A stretch of DNA of 63,702 nucleotides, filler included, from Saprolegnia diclina VS20 (Eukaryota): assembly GCF_000281045.1 (NCBI RefSeq). It is 5 parts of 2 records of this genome, joined end to end, with 100 filler letters (N's around TTAATTAATTAA, not from the genome) between each part and the next. Parts side by side here need not be neighbours in the genome. Positions count along the whole stretch, not along the records: positions 6,949 to 21,915 come from NW_008246121.1; positions 22,016 to 48,780 come from NW_008246121.1; 3 more parts are not named here. One strand, 5' to 3'. This document shows, one piece after another, positions 11,401-22,537 of this stretch. The first letter of the stretch is position 1. Every line of letters starts with the position of its first letter. The position numbers and the translations under genes are program-made. The notes beneath the pieces are model-generated. The model made no database searches, was not told the origin of the DNA, and saw only the letters and a program-made list of their open reading frames with translations.

Positions 11401-12623
11401 TAGTGTTGCTAAATGTGTCTTCAAAAATGTGGTGTGCTCTTGCAAGTATCTTGGTCGACTCCGGCGTGATCGTTGTGTAGACCGTTAAGCGCACTGCGTT
11501 AGCAGCTACACCGTAGTTTGGAGCTTCATCCCCCGTCGCAGGGTGTTGGTTGGCGAGAAAACCATAGGCAACGCAGGATACGTATGCATTGCGTGAACCA
11601 TCCTTTATGGACGCCACCGACTCGAAAACAGTATGAGAACCTCTAGTGTACATTGGGAGCGCCCCGTACCAGTGAACTCACGTGTCCGAGTCAATGACGC
11701 ACATGCGGTGCTTGTGGCCGAGTCTCTTGCTGATGCCGCCAGTGTTTGGCAGCAGCGCGCCATTCGCAATCCATGACGCGACTCTATCGACTGTCGCAGA
11801 TGACCAGCTGCGCCGCTGCAAAGGCAAGGAGCGGCGCGACACGTCGCCAGCTTGCGTCTTTTGGTGTCCGCTTCCATCCATCCTATCGGCGGCGTCTACT
11901 GCATGTGCAGGAAAGCGCAGCGGAGCGCCATGTACAGTCGTGGATGCGAGGAAGAAGAGGACCTTGTTCTGGGCGAAATGGCGTCGGTAGCGTCACGAGT
12001 GCAAGTGGGCGCGCGTCTGGTTCCTCGAATTGCCTGTCAACGCAGGGGTGGCACCTGCTCAGACGCAGCGTTGCATACATGCTTACTTTCTTTTTTGCGG
12101 AGCATCATCGGGTGCCACGGGTCCCACGGAGGCGCGGGTCGCACAATGCAACGGGTGCCAATGGATAACAAGGGCGATCGCCAGGCGCACATTCGTGGAC
12201 GGGAGACGACGCCACCTGCGCTTCAACGAGACGGCGCGTGCGGGCGTAGAAAACACCCAGCGTGGGTGACCGTCTATGATTTGTTGATGTACGCAAGGTT
12301 GGTGAAGACGGCGGCGCTGTTCGTCGGTCGGTCGTTGTTGAGTAGACAGCCCCGCGTCGTGGGCGCACTTTGCGAAAGCTACTTCTTCCGTGTCCATGAC
12401 CCGCTTTCTTTCTCGCCGAGTGTCGTTCCACCGTCGGCGTCGCCCCGCCCCGCAACGTGGCCGTCTCTCTGTGACACATAAACACACATATGGTGGGCGG
12501 GGTGGTGCAGCCTGATCCGAGCGCAAGAATCACGACGCTCGTCGGTGGATGCAGTCCGTGGCTTCTGCGAGTCTGTTGAGTGAACACCGCCACTGTTGGA
12601 CAAACAGCAGGGTCCAGTTTTTC

Positions 12624-12641
12624 TCCCATTTTCCAATTTGC
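12624..12641 (+). promoter_or_regulatory. Oomycete INR+FPR-like core promoter
   Basis: CCCATTTTCCAATTTG about 25-40 nt upstream of the ATG at 12664. A similar GCCATTTTTCGATTTG lies upstream of copy 1. Confidence 0.5.
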
Positions 12642-12663
12642 CTTGTCTAGCAACAAGACCAAT

Positions 12664-14130
12664 ATGGCTTTCTTGACACAGGAAGACATCAAGATGAGCA
12701 TCGCGCTCTTCTGCTGCATGTACGGTGTCGGCTCGATCGGTGCCCCCGGCAACTTTGCCATGGTTGGCTACGGCGTTGGCATCGTCATCGTCATTGGCAT
12801 GTGCATCGTCAACATGTACGCGTCGTGGTGCATGTCCAAGGTGCTCCTCATCGCGCCCAAGCACGTCAAGACTTTTGGTGACATTGGCGAGTGGTCCATG
12901 GGTATCGTCGGCCGGTACGCCGCCAACCTCTCGCAGCTTATCGTGTGCGTCATGATTCCGACCATCTTCCTCGTCCTCGGCGGCTCGATCCTCTCGATGC
13001 TCTTCCCGCTCACGTTCAAGATCGGTGTCTGGATCACCTTTATGGCCCTCGCGCTCCTTCCCGTCTGCCTCTACCCGACTCTCAAGGAAGGCACGGGTAT
13101 CATCTTTGCCGGTGCTCTTGGTGCCGTGGTCGCTGACGGCATTGCCCTTGCGGTCCTTGTTCACAACGTCACCAAGCAGAACGACGGCCTCTCGCCTCCG
13201 CCGGCCAACATCAACTTTGACCAGTTCTCGACCGCTGTCGGCAACTTGGCGCTCACATTCGGCGCCGGCACGATCATTCCGGTCCTCCACCGCGAACACT
13301 CGGACCCGACGCGCCTTCCGCGTGTGATTGTCTTTACGTACACGCTCGCGCTCATCTTGATCCTTGTCGTCGGCATCGTCGGCTTTGCGCAGGTCGGGTG
13401 CCAGATCCCGTACGACGCCGAGGGGTACCTCCTCTTCGTTGTCGCGACGCCGTACCTCGGCTTCATCTCGGACCGCGGCACAGTCATCCTCGCCCTCGTG
13501 TCGATGCTCGTGCACAACATGGTGGCGTACGGCGTCGTCATCTTCCCGAGCTTCTTCATCCTCGAACGCCGCCTCCTCGGTCTGCACCCGACGGTCATTG
13601 ACCACACCAACAACTACAACGACCTCGAGACGCCTGAGGCCGAGAAGGAACGCAAGTCGGAGGCCCGCGCGAGTCTCATGGACGCGCTCGAGTTCCCGTC
13701 GCCCGAAACCGCGGCCGATTACTCGGCGCCTGGCGCGTACCTCAAGGCCTCGATCCTTCGCACGCTCGTCGTCGCTGTCTCGGCCACGGTCGCCATCATC
13801 GGTCAGCGCGACTTGACGAACCTCGCCAACTTTACGGGCTCGAGCATGATCCTCCTCTGCTGCGTGATCCTCCCCGTCATGTTCTACGCCAAGGTCTACT
13901 GGCAAAAGATGTCGGCCGTGCACAAGGTGTGGGCGATCCTCGTCGTGCTCCTCGGCGCCTTCATCGCGATCTACGGCTCCATCTACACGGGCAAGATCCT
14001 CTTCTCCAAGAAGAAGGAGCTGCCGCTCTTCCCGTACTGCGAGGCCAAGTACCAAACGACGGTGTACACCAACCGGTCGCACAAGCCGTACAAGACCGCG
14101 ACGCCCAAGCCGACGCCCCTCGGCTTGTAA
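12664..14130 (+). CDS. Amino acid permease (AAAP/Aa_trans family), copy 2 (tandem paralog)
   Basis: MAFLTQEDIKMSIALFCCMYG aligns with copy 1 MTFLTTEDLKMCFSLFCCVYG over the full length; intronless. Confidence 0.92.
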   Translation: MAFLTQEDIKMSIALFCCMYGVGSIGAPGNFAMVGYGVGIVIVIGMCIVNMYASWCMSKVLLIAPKHVKTFGDIGEWSMGIVGRYAANLSQLIVCVMIPTIFLVLGGSILSMLFPLTFKIGVWITFMALALLPVCLYPTLKEGTGIIFAGALGAVVADGIALAVLVHNVTKQNDGLSPPPANINFDQFSTAVGNLALTFGAGTIIPVLHREHSDPTRLPRVIVFTYTLALILILVVGIVGFAQVGCQIPYDAEGYLLFVVATPYLGFISDRGTVILALVSMLVHNMVAYGVVIFPSFFILERRLLGLHPTVIDHTNNYNDLETPEAEKERKSEARASLMDALEFPSPETAADYSAPGAYLKASILRTLVVAVSATVAIIGQRDLTNLANFTGSSMILLCCVILPVMFYAKVYWQKMSAVHKVWAILVVLLGAFIAIYGSIYTGKILFSKKKELPLFPYCEAKYQTTVYTNRSHKPYKTATPKPTPLGL

Positions 14131-14814
14131 GCGCTATCGTTTCGTCGATTGAAAAGTCTAATGTGAAGCGTGTTCTATTTGTTTACTCCTTTGACCTCTT
14201 CTTAGGTGTTCTCAGAACGGGGGTCACCAGTGGGTGCAGACAGACGTTCTCAGTTGAAGTTTGCTGCTCGTCAAGATACTCTTCTATCCAGAAGCCCAGA
14301 ATTTTCCGAGCCGCTTCGGAGCTGGGCACCGAGTCTTCAGCAGAGCTGTTCTGCTCAGGTGACCCATTCCGCTGACGAAACGACGCCTTCCTCCCTCAAG
14401 AAACATCCGCGAGAACAGTCCCCCCACTCTGGCCGAGAAAAGGACCGCACCACAAGGCAATTCAAAATTGCCGTATACAGTAGTTCAATCTTAACACGTC
14501 GCCGTTCCTTGGAGGCAAGACGCAAGACGTGAATTCCAGGCGTGCATGGATGTTCCACGCCGTTTGGTTGGGCGCATACTTTTCTAGGCATTTTTTGCGA
14601 TCTTCCTTCCATATCCGGCGTCGCGTCCGGCCAGTGCCGATCGTTCTCAAAGTCGCCTCACGACTGAGGCGGCGCTCGTGTCAACGGTACTTGACCACGG
14701 CTGTCCGAGATGCTGCAACCTCTGCGCCCGCCTGTCCGCGACTACACGCGCCTTCCGCGCGCTGTGCCCGCACCTCAAGCATCTCTTCAAGGCCCACGTC
14801 GCGCCGCAATTTTC

Positions 14815-16572
14815 ATGGGCACGGCTGCTGAAGAGATGGTGGCCTTTGCGCCCGTTGCCGGCACTGCGTCGCTCCCTCTTCGCCGTGCGTCCATCCAGCG
14901 TCGTACAGCCTGTGATGCAAACATGCTTTTAGGCCGATTTGGAGGTCGGGGTTTTGTGGGCATAGTCGCTGTGTGCGTCTGCCTCATGCTCGGCGCCCTG
15001 CTGCACACTCGTGCTGTCATGCCACAGCGCCTCGATATCATGACGCAGATCCAGCAGTCGTCCGCACTGCGCTTGACGCTGCACGCAAAGCGAAAGTCCA
15101 TGGTGCTCAACGGCCTCGGTTCCGCGACCATCTACGTCGTGCCCCACGGGCGCAGCGGAGGTAGCTTTGACGCTGTCCTCACCCAAGCCGGCGTCAACGT
15201 GACTGAGACTTACTTACTCGTCAACGACCGGGCTTACTACATTGTGAGCCATGCTAACGCCGTCGTCTCGGTCAACTGCCTCGACCCGTCGCAGTTGCCG
15301 CCATTGCATTCGGTGCGCATGGTTTCTCGTCGAAAGCTGATCGCCAAGTAGATGCAAGTGAGTTTGAACGAAGCGACAATCGTCGACGCGGTCGAGATGG
15401 CGTCTCCAACGATCTCGCCTGGCGACTGCCTCGGTGGCAAGTGGCTGCAGCTGCGCTTTGCGGGCGAAACATTTGTCTTCTGCAAGTCGCCGACACATAT
15501 GCTTACGCACGCCATCAGCGAAGACTTGGACATGACGATCGAGTACATTTCAGACCCTTCTCAGATCCCGTCGCTGGCTGTGCCGCCACCGCCCAACGAA
15601 TCGTTGCTCGAGTGTCCGTTGCTGTCTGGCTACAGCCGCCTCCCGACGCTGCCAGCGGCGCTGCAGTCACCTGCGGCGCTCAACGATCTTCCTGTCGAGC
15701 CGCGCATTGCTCGTCTCGGCGCCGCCTCGTGCCAGTGCAAGCTCGCACAAAAGAAACCGTGTCTCTTTGTCCACGGCCTCGGCAAGCCGTTCGCGTCTGA
15801 TCCGACCAACTCGGACGGGCTCGAGTGGGGCTCCATCCAGAACCACGCGCCGTGCTGCTCGTCGACCACATTCGTGCACTTTGAAACGTGGAAGCATGGC
15901 TGGAACAACGACGAGATCCAGAACCAGTTCTGCGACACAGCCCGGCGCGCGAGCCTCTCCAGCTCGACGACAATCCAAGATCTCATCCTGGTGACATACT
16001 CGATGGGCAACCTAGTGGCGGGTGGTGCCGTTGCGACCGGGAAATGTAGTTTCGGCAGCGGCATTTCCTGGATCTCGATCGCAGGTCCAATGCAAGGGAG
16101 CAAGACCGCCAACCTCCTTGAGCGCAAATGCAAAGAGGGCGGCTGGAACATCCCGCTGAAAGGCCTCTTGGAGCTCATCACACTCTGTCCCATGACCGAC
16201 GCTTTAAAGTCGCTCAAGGACATGTCCACGGTCGACGCAACACTGCAAGCTTCGTATCGAGCTGCCCAAGTCATTCGCGCCAAGTACGCGACGAAGCTTC
16301 TCTGCGGCAGCAGCCCGTTCGGGTTGGTGTCAGTGTACGCGCCTGTGTTGAGCCTTGTCAGCAAGCTCACACACCACGACGATGTCAATGACGGCGTCGT
16401 CGCCTTCTCGAGCTGCGCTGCGGGGTTCTCCAAATCTTCATTCTCGACCAACTTTGCCGACGATGGCAACTACCTCGCGAGTGTCAACCACCTCGATAAC
16501 TCGTTTCGCCTCGGCGATGGCTGGTGGGGCGCCGACCGCAAGCCCACAAAGTGGTTCGAATGCGCCCTATAG
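14815..16572 (+). CDS. Membrane-anchored or secreted alpha/beta-hydrolase (lipase-like, oomycete family)
   Basis: Two exons (intron 15313-15351). N-terminal hydrophobic segment, then LFVHGLG, nucleophile elbow TYSMG, GPMQGS, NDGVV and VNHLD (putative Ser-Asp-His triad); Cys-rich. The start could instead be 14923. Confidence 0.75.
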
Positions 16573-16947
16573 AATGGCTGTGTTTATGGTTCAACAAGCG
16601 ACAGCCTTTCTTATAATCATGATTTCAATCCTCAACAATCAAGATGTTGATTTAGAGAAGGTTTTAAGCTCTGGATCAATACTGTGTTAGCCCCGTGTGA
16701 AAGTAAGCCACTGGTATTTGCAACTGCTCTTCACGAGTGCGTTCTGAGAGCCCAAGTCTCCTGAAGCCAGTGATGAAGTCGGCGTGATGTGCTACTCGAA
16801 AGTCGAGTTGCAGGAGGGGGCCTCAAAGCACCCGCAATCGGGACTAGATACTGCGCTCTGCTACCACAACGCCTCCGATTTCTACTCCACATTGCTAGAA
16901 CCAACTTAGAGACTGGGAAACGGCCTAAAAAGCAGATGAACGCTCTA

Positions 16948-18804
16948 TTATCCGACAACACAAATCGAGATGGGAAAGTCGTGGAGCTTCTTGACTGTGC
17001 CGTAGCCACACGCCGCCTTGACGCTGGCATCATCCGTCGTAAACTGCGGGTAGAAGTACGTGCGGTCCGTCGCAGCCGAGAGGAGGTCAAACATGTCGGA
17101 TGAGAGCGAAAATTCCTTGAGCTCAAACTTGCTCGTCGTCCAAAAGACACCCTCCGGGAACGTCACGCGGTTGATCTTGGAGATTGGGTTGTTGGAGACG
17201 TCCCTGCGTTGCCCACAGTGAGTTGTCATGGCCATGGAAGAGCGAATTGGTACATTTGCTGGGGAAGTGCCATGTCCTGGAGGGCTGTAATGTTGTTGTT
17301 CTGAAGCGAAATCGCGTTCGGCAGCGTGCATGTCGACGTGAACGCAGAGATTGCGTTGTCCCGCAGCGTGATCGAAGACAAATGGGCCAGCCAGTCGCAG
17401 TTTGCTGGGAGCTTGGTGATTTTGTTTGCGTCGAGCGCACTACGAAACACGTCACCTCACGGAGCGAGAAACCAGTGACGCACAGGATGCCCACGGACGC
17501 CGGGAGACTAAAGTCGTCTGGGATGGATGTAATCGCGTTACTGTCAAGCTCTCTACAGCAACGCATGAGTGACTCTTCAAGCCGGCAAGACAAAACCTAC
17601 AATGTGAAGAGGTTGGGCCACTCGATCTTGGACGGGAGCGATGTGATCTTGTTGTGCGTCAGGCCGCTACGTCAGCAACATTGAGATCGCCGAGAACGAA
17701 TGTTACGAGCATACATGTAGTGAATCGAGTCGGGAAAGTCGGTCTTGGAAGGAAACTTGGCAATCTTGTTGGAAGCAAGGTGTCTACGCAGCAACAATTC
17801 GTGAGATTCAAAGGTCCTTGGCGCCAAACAGTCGTACACAATGTTTAGGTTGGACGGCAGGTTGGCAGGCAGCACCGCCAGCTGCGTGTTGGTCAGCGCC
17901 CTGGACCATAAGTGTTAGGACCAGAAACGACAAAGGACCAAGGGTGTACAGTTCGGTGAGGGTTTCGGGCCACTGCTGCTGGGCGTCGATGGTCTTGAGG
18001 GGGTTTCCCGAGAGGTCCCTAGTTTTCGCATTAGCTGGTGGTTTATACATGCTTCCGACCGTACAGTTTTGTCAGTGTGGATGGGAGCTTGACGACGCTA
18101 CTGAACTGGTTGGACGCGAGATTGCTGTCAAACGTTAGACAAACATCGAAAGGAGTCGTCGTCGTACAGTTCGGTGAGGTTGCTCGGCCATGTAAAGTAG
18201 TCGTTGAACGACTTGATCTTGTTGTTGCTCAAACTGAAGAAGCCGAGACCGTCAGGGAGCGGAGTCGTTGTAGGGTACGACGTCAGCTTGTTGGACGAAA
18301 GATCTCTGAGAAAACAGCATGAGTCCATAGCGACAAGCGCGACGCGTACAGATGAGTGAGCGACGCCGGCCACGTGAAGCCCTTGGGGATGGTCTTGAGG
18401 CTCACACGGTTGAGTGAGCTACGTATCGTGGTGAGCTTTCGTGGCAGCGACTTAATGTCGTTGTACAATTTTTTAAGGCCATCGGGCAGCGACACGCCCG
18501 TGAGGCAAAGGCTCGAAACGCGGGAGATGGTCCTATGTAGCATGAGGATGTGCATTGTCCAAGCAACCGGCGTACTTGAGCGTCTCTTTGGCGCCGTCGT
18601 AGCGAACTTCGAGGTACGTGCCGTCGGTCGTGAGCGTCGTTTCACTGGCCAACACTCATGAGCCATGCAGCAGATCGAGATTCACACGTACATGGAGGTA
18701 ATGTTGGGCAGAGCGAGGACATCCTTCCAGATCGGGTTCGACGGCGTCCGCTTGGCAGCGTCAGCGCCAATGGCCAAGAGAGCGACCCATGCGAGGACTT
18801 GCAT
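16948..18804 (-). CDS. Secreted leucine-rich-repeat protein (13 exons)
   Basis: Signal peptide MQVLAWVALLAIGADA. Repeated LxxNxI/LxxxP...WPxxLTxL units, mostly one per exon, with 12 GT-AG introns. Ends in a Cys cap (ACGYG...ICVVG*) with no TM or kinase domain. Confidence 0.8.
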
Positions 18805-19418
18805 GCTAATTGAAATCTGACGCGCTCTCCCAGGCCAGCCGAATTTCGAAGTACCACTGCGCATGGTATGCAGCTGCATAGACTGGGCGTTTCCCGCACC
18901 ACGCGGCAGAGTGTGCGTCAACTTCGACTTTGGTTCGTCTCGCGGATCCGGTCTGTGGAACGCCATGTGTTCGGTTCGCCGAGCCTTCGTCAGTGGCGCG
19001 ACAGCGACTTGGCGCGACGACATCGCTGCTTCAAGCTTGCAATGCACCGAGTGGTGCAGGACACCTTGGCCCTCGCCAGCCACACACGGTGCAATAGTGC
19101 CCTATACAATGTCAAAGTGTTGCGTCGACGGCCACAGCATGTACTGTACTAACGTTAGTTCTATACAGTAGTGCTAAAGGAAGAGCTGGTGGGTGTACGG
19201 TTGCGTGATTTCCAGCCACACGCACTCGAAAACAATGTGCGTCCACAGCACAGAAGCGCACACACCCTTCTTCGGGCTGGATGGATCTGAAAAGGCCAAA
19301 TCAGACGCAAGCTCAGTTACCAGTCTTTGCCGCAGCACAAGCACTTTTGGTGGAATGCTGATGCAGATTACATATCGCCAACCCCAGCGCTGTTCAAGCT
19401 GGTCCCATCATGCGCATC

Positions 19419-20877
19419 CTACAATTGTCGTTCATCGCCGACGCCCAAGGCCTTGAGCTGTGTAAGCAATTGCCGTAGCTGCGCCGGGGTCGCATCGAGC
19501 TGGCTCACGTTCAAGATGACGTCGCCGGGGGGTGTTACTCGCGCCTCTTGAAAAGCATCTGCCGTCTGGAGCTGTCCTTGCAATCCCCCAGGCCACGACT
19601 CTGACGGGCGATCTGTTGCTGCATCGAAGTGCGGCATCGTATAGTACCTCGCGCGACGCAAGGGCATGTGGTGGCTTTGAAATGGGTCTGCCGCCGGCCG
19701 GTCGTCGGGCCACGACAACTGACGCTCTGGATGCGGCCGCGAGGCCGCGTCACGCATGTAGGACGATAACGCTCTCGGCAGTGGTCTGTGGTGCTGTAGC
19801 TTCTCGTCGTCACAAGTATACGCCTGGAGGGGTGCCTCGTTGTTGTCTGTGGGCATCGGTGGCAAGTCGATCCCAGCGCCGGTGGCACACTTGTGACAGA
19901 CGCAGACGCATGTGCCGCGCAGTTCCCAGAGCTTGCTGCAGTGCTTGCAAACGACTTCGCCGCACTTTCGGCACTGCCGCTTGGCGACAAACGGCGAGAA
20001 CTTTGTGCTGCAGAGAAAGCAGCTGCGGCGCGTCGAGAGTGGCACGAGTTGGTCGTCGGTGAGGCTTGCTGAGCCACAGAGTCGGAGTTGTCGGAGGAAC
20101 GTGTCGATCTCGACGATGCTCCTCACGCGGCGCTTCATGGCGGCACGCACAAGCCACGCCGGAAGCGCGCCCGCGAAGTCCGACTGAATGACGTGGACGC
20201 ACTTCAAGTGGCCCGGGAGCGTGCTCTCGAAGAAGACGTATCCTGCTCGAAACAAGTTTGCACGAACGAGGCCCGGGAAGGGAGGACAGGAGGGCAGTTG
20301 GATGGAGCTGAAGCTGCGAGCCCAGCCGCGAACACCGTTGAAGGTAAAATCGTCTTGACACTATGGGCCATGTCAGTTGGACCACGAAATCGCTATGCTC
20401 TACCTCAAGGAGGCAAAAGTCACGGTCCTTTACAAGCGGGCTCGGCATGCCGACCGCGAGCCATTTGACGCCAATGTAGTTGCGCGGGTGCTCCGGGGTA
20501 CGCGGCGCTAGTGTATATAAAGACGCGTAGTCGGCGATATCCTTGGAAAAGCGAGCACGATACTGACGGACGGCGTCGGTCGAGTCGAGTACAAAGAGCG
20601 ATGCGGCTTCGACGAGCGTGCCTTGAAGTTCCATGACCCCGCATAGCGTAATGTTGACGTTGGGGGGTGCTAGAGGGTCGATGCCGGTGAAAATGCGCAC
20701 GCCATCCGCGTCCGAGTCGAGCGACCACAATATCGGGCCTCCTTCGAGGCGGGAGTGGCGGACGAGGTCTGTGAGTGACTGCAAGCCCGTCTGAATGAGC
20801 TTCAGCTCGTCTGCAGGTTCGAGCGGCGGAGTCTCGAAGCGCGCACACGCCGCTGGCACCTTCCTTGCCTTGGTCAT
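19419..20877 (-). CDS. START-like domain + FYVE zinc-finger protein
   Basis: START-like motifs YIGVKW and VKDRDFCLLE. FYVE-type CFLCSTKFSPFVAKRQCRKCGEVVCKHCS...VCHKC. Short introns. Confidence 0.85.
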
Positions 20878-21114
20878 CCAGAACAATCCCACACGAAGGC
20901 GTCTTTTTCGGCGATCAGGTTCGTGTGACACACAGCGTCGAAGTAGTCAAGAAACTTCGCCTTTCTCGCTTACAATTGCCAAGATAGACACATACCGGTA
21001 CTTCCAAACTTCGAGCAACGTGACGTGGCACGTGGAAACACGGGAAGTTTGACACAAGATACGAATTGTACTTGAGTTCAGCACCCAGTTGTGTTTTGAG
21101 ATGCTATCGCACGC

Positions 21115-21915
21115 CTACAAGTGCGTAGGGGGTACTGTGTCTTGCCCATAGAGCAGAAGCTTCTTGAGCTCGTTGTACAGACCTCGAAGCTGTTCGGGCG
21201 TATCACGACCTTCGAGTGATATGCCGAGCGTGAGTCGAATCTCATTGACAACGCGAGTGGGTTCTGTCGGGTGCAACTTCGTCATGCTATGAGATGCTTC
21301 GTCGTCGCACTGCTCAAGCACAAATGGCTGATATGGTGGCTGCCGCAACGACGTGTCTCGGGCATTGCGCGGCCTGTCTTGGCCGCTCCGTAAGCATGGT
21401 TCGTTCTCGTAGAGATCGTCGCGGAAGTTGACAAAGGCCAAGAAGAAGCCGTGCAATCCTGACTGTTGATATGCGAGTGCCATTCAAACCGATTCAAGTC
21501 GCGGTGTTTCGAGACGCCGTCCGCTGGTGCGCGAAAACATGGGCTCTGGTCTGGAAGAGGAGAGACGTCGTTTCGCGCGATGCGGGCAGGGCGTCGCTAG
21601 TATCAAGCGCAGCACTAAGATGGGATGGCTGTTACGCTCAGCCTTGCGTCGTGCTTGTTGGTAACACTAAGGTGTAGTCCGAAAATGCCGACATGTATGT
21701 CTCTGAATCGATTGCGCTATCCGACGCCGCGCCACAGACTGTGTGGTCGAGCTCTTCAAAATTGCAGGTCGTTCCAGCGCCCTTTTGGGCGCAGATATTG
21801 AGAATGCGATCAACGAGTGGTTGGTCAGAGTAGCCGGCGAGTGGCCGCTCTTGACTCTTCCCGGGCCATCCATAAAATCGCTCGGCGATCGCAGCCTCAT
21901 CAACCTGTCGTAGTA
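21115..21915 (-). CDS. Possible hypothetical gene fragment (5' end in gap)
   Basis: Two open minus-strand segments (about 21913-21638 and 21483-21115) with protein-like composition; no recognised motif. Confidence 0.2.
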
Positions 21916-22015
21916 NNNNNNNNNNNNNNNNNNNNNNNNNNNNNNNNNNNNNNNNNNNNTTAATTAATTAANNNNNNNNNNNNNNNNNNNNNNNNNNNNN
22001 NNNNNNNNNNNNNNN
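21916..22015. other. Assembly gap with TTAATTAATTAA linker
   Basis: Same N-linker-N structure as the first gap. Confidence 0.95.
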
Positions 22016-22537
22016 GCGGCTGCAACCAAGAACCGCAACCATGCCTTTCGTGGGGCATTTCGATCCGGAGGGCGACACACCAGCCCCTGCACACACTGGG
22101 CCATTGACGCAGTACGTGGCGTCGCCGGCTACGGATACGTAGACGCAGCCGGTGGCAGGTGCAGGGGTTGCCCTGTACTGCGCTGCCCATGCCGCGATTG
22201 CCATCAGCAGCGTTCGCTTGGCCGCGATGTCCGTCGGAATGCTGGCGCTACCTTGATAGAGAGTGCACGGCGGCGTGATCGTTGCCATGTACTTGGTCAT
22301 CGTTGAGTAGTACGCCGCACACTTGGTTGATGCTTGAAACGCTCTTACGGCGTCGAGGTCGGCAGGAATCCAGTTGGAGCGCAAGACGTCTGTGACGGGG
22401 ATGTTGAGATCTGTGGCGCAGCCAACGAATGGACCGTTGACCGAACTAGCACCAACAAAAAGAGGGGCAAAGTTGGATGCACTGCAGTTGGCTGCAGATG
22501 CCGTGGCTGTCAACGCGATGAGAAGGGCCGCCTTCAT
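22016..22537 (-). CDS. Secreted elicitin-like + Cys-rich 'VSVxGDATYC' domain protein (3' end in gap)
   Basis: Signal peptide MKAALLIALTATASA, a 4-Cys elicitin-like domain, then GCVYVSVAGDATYCVNGPVCAGAG...CPTKG. Confidence 0.78.

Noticed and set aside
12379..14082. Long antisense ORFs (e.g. 567 aa here; also 10570-11445, 26350-27237, 50567-51721)
   Set aside because: Shadow frames of high-GC3 genes on the opposite strand, with no recognisable motifs.
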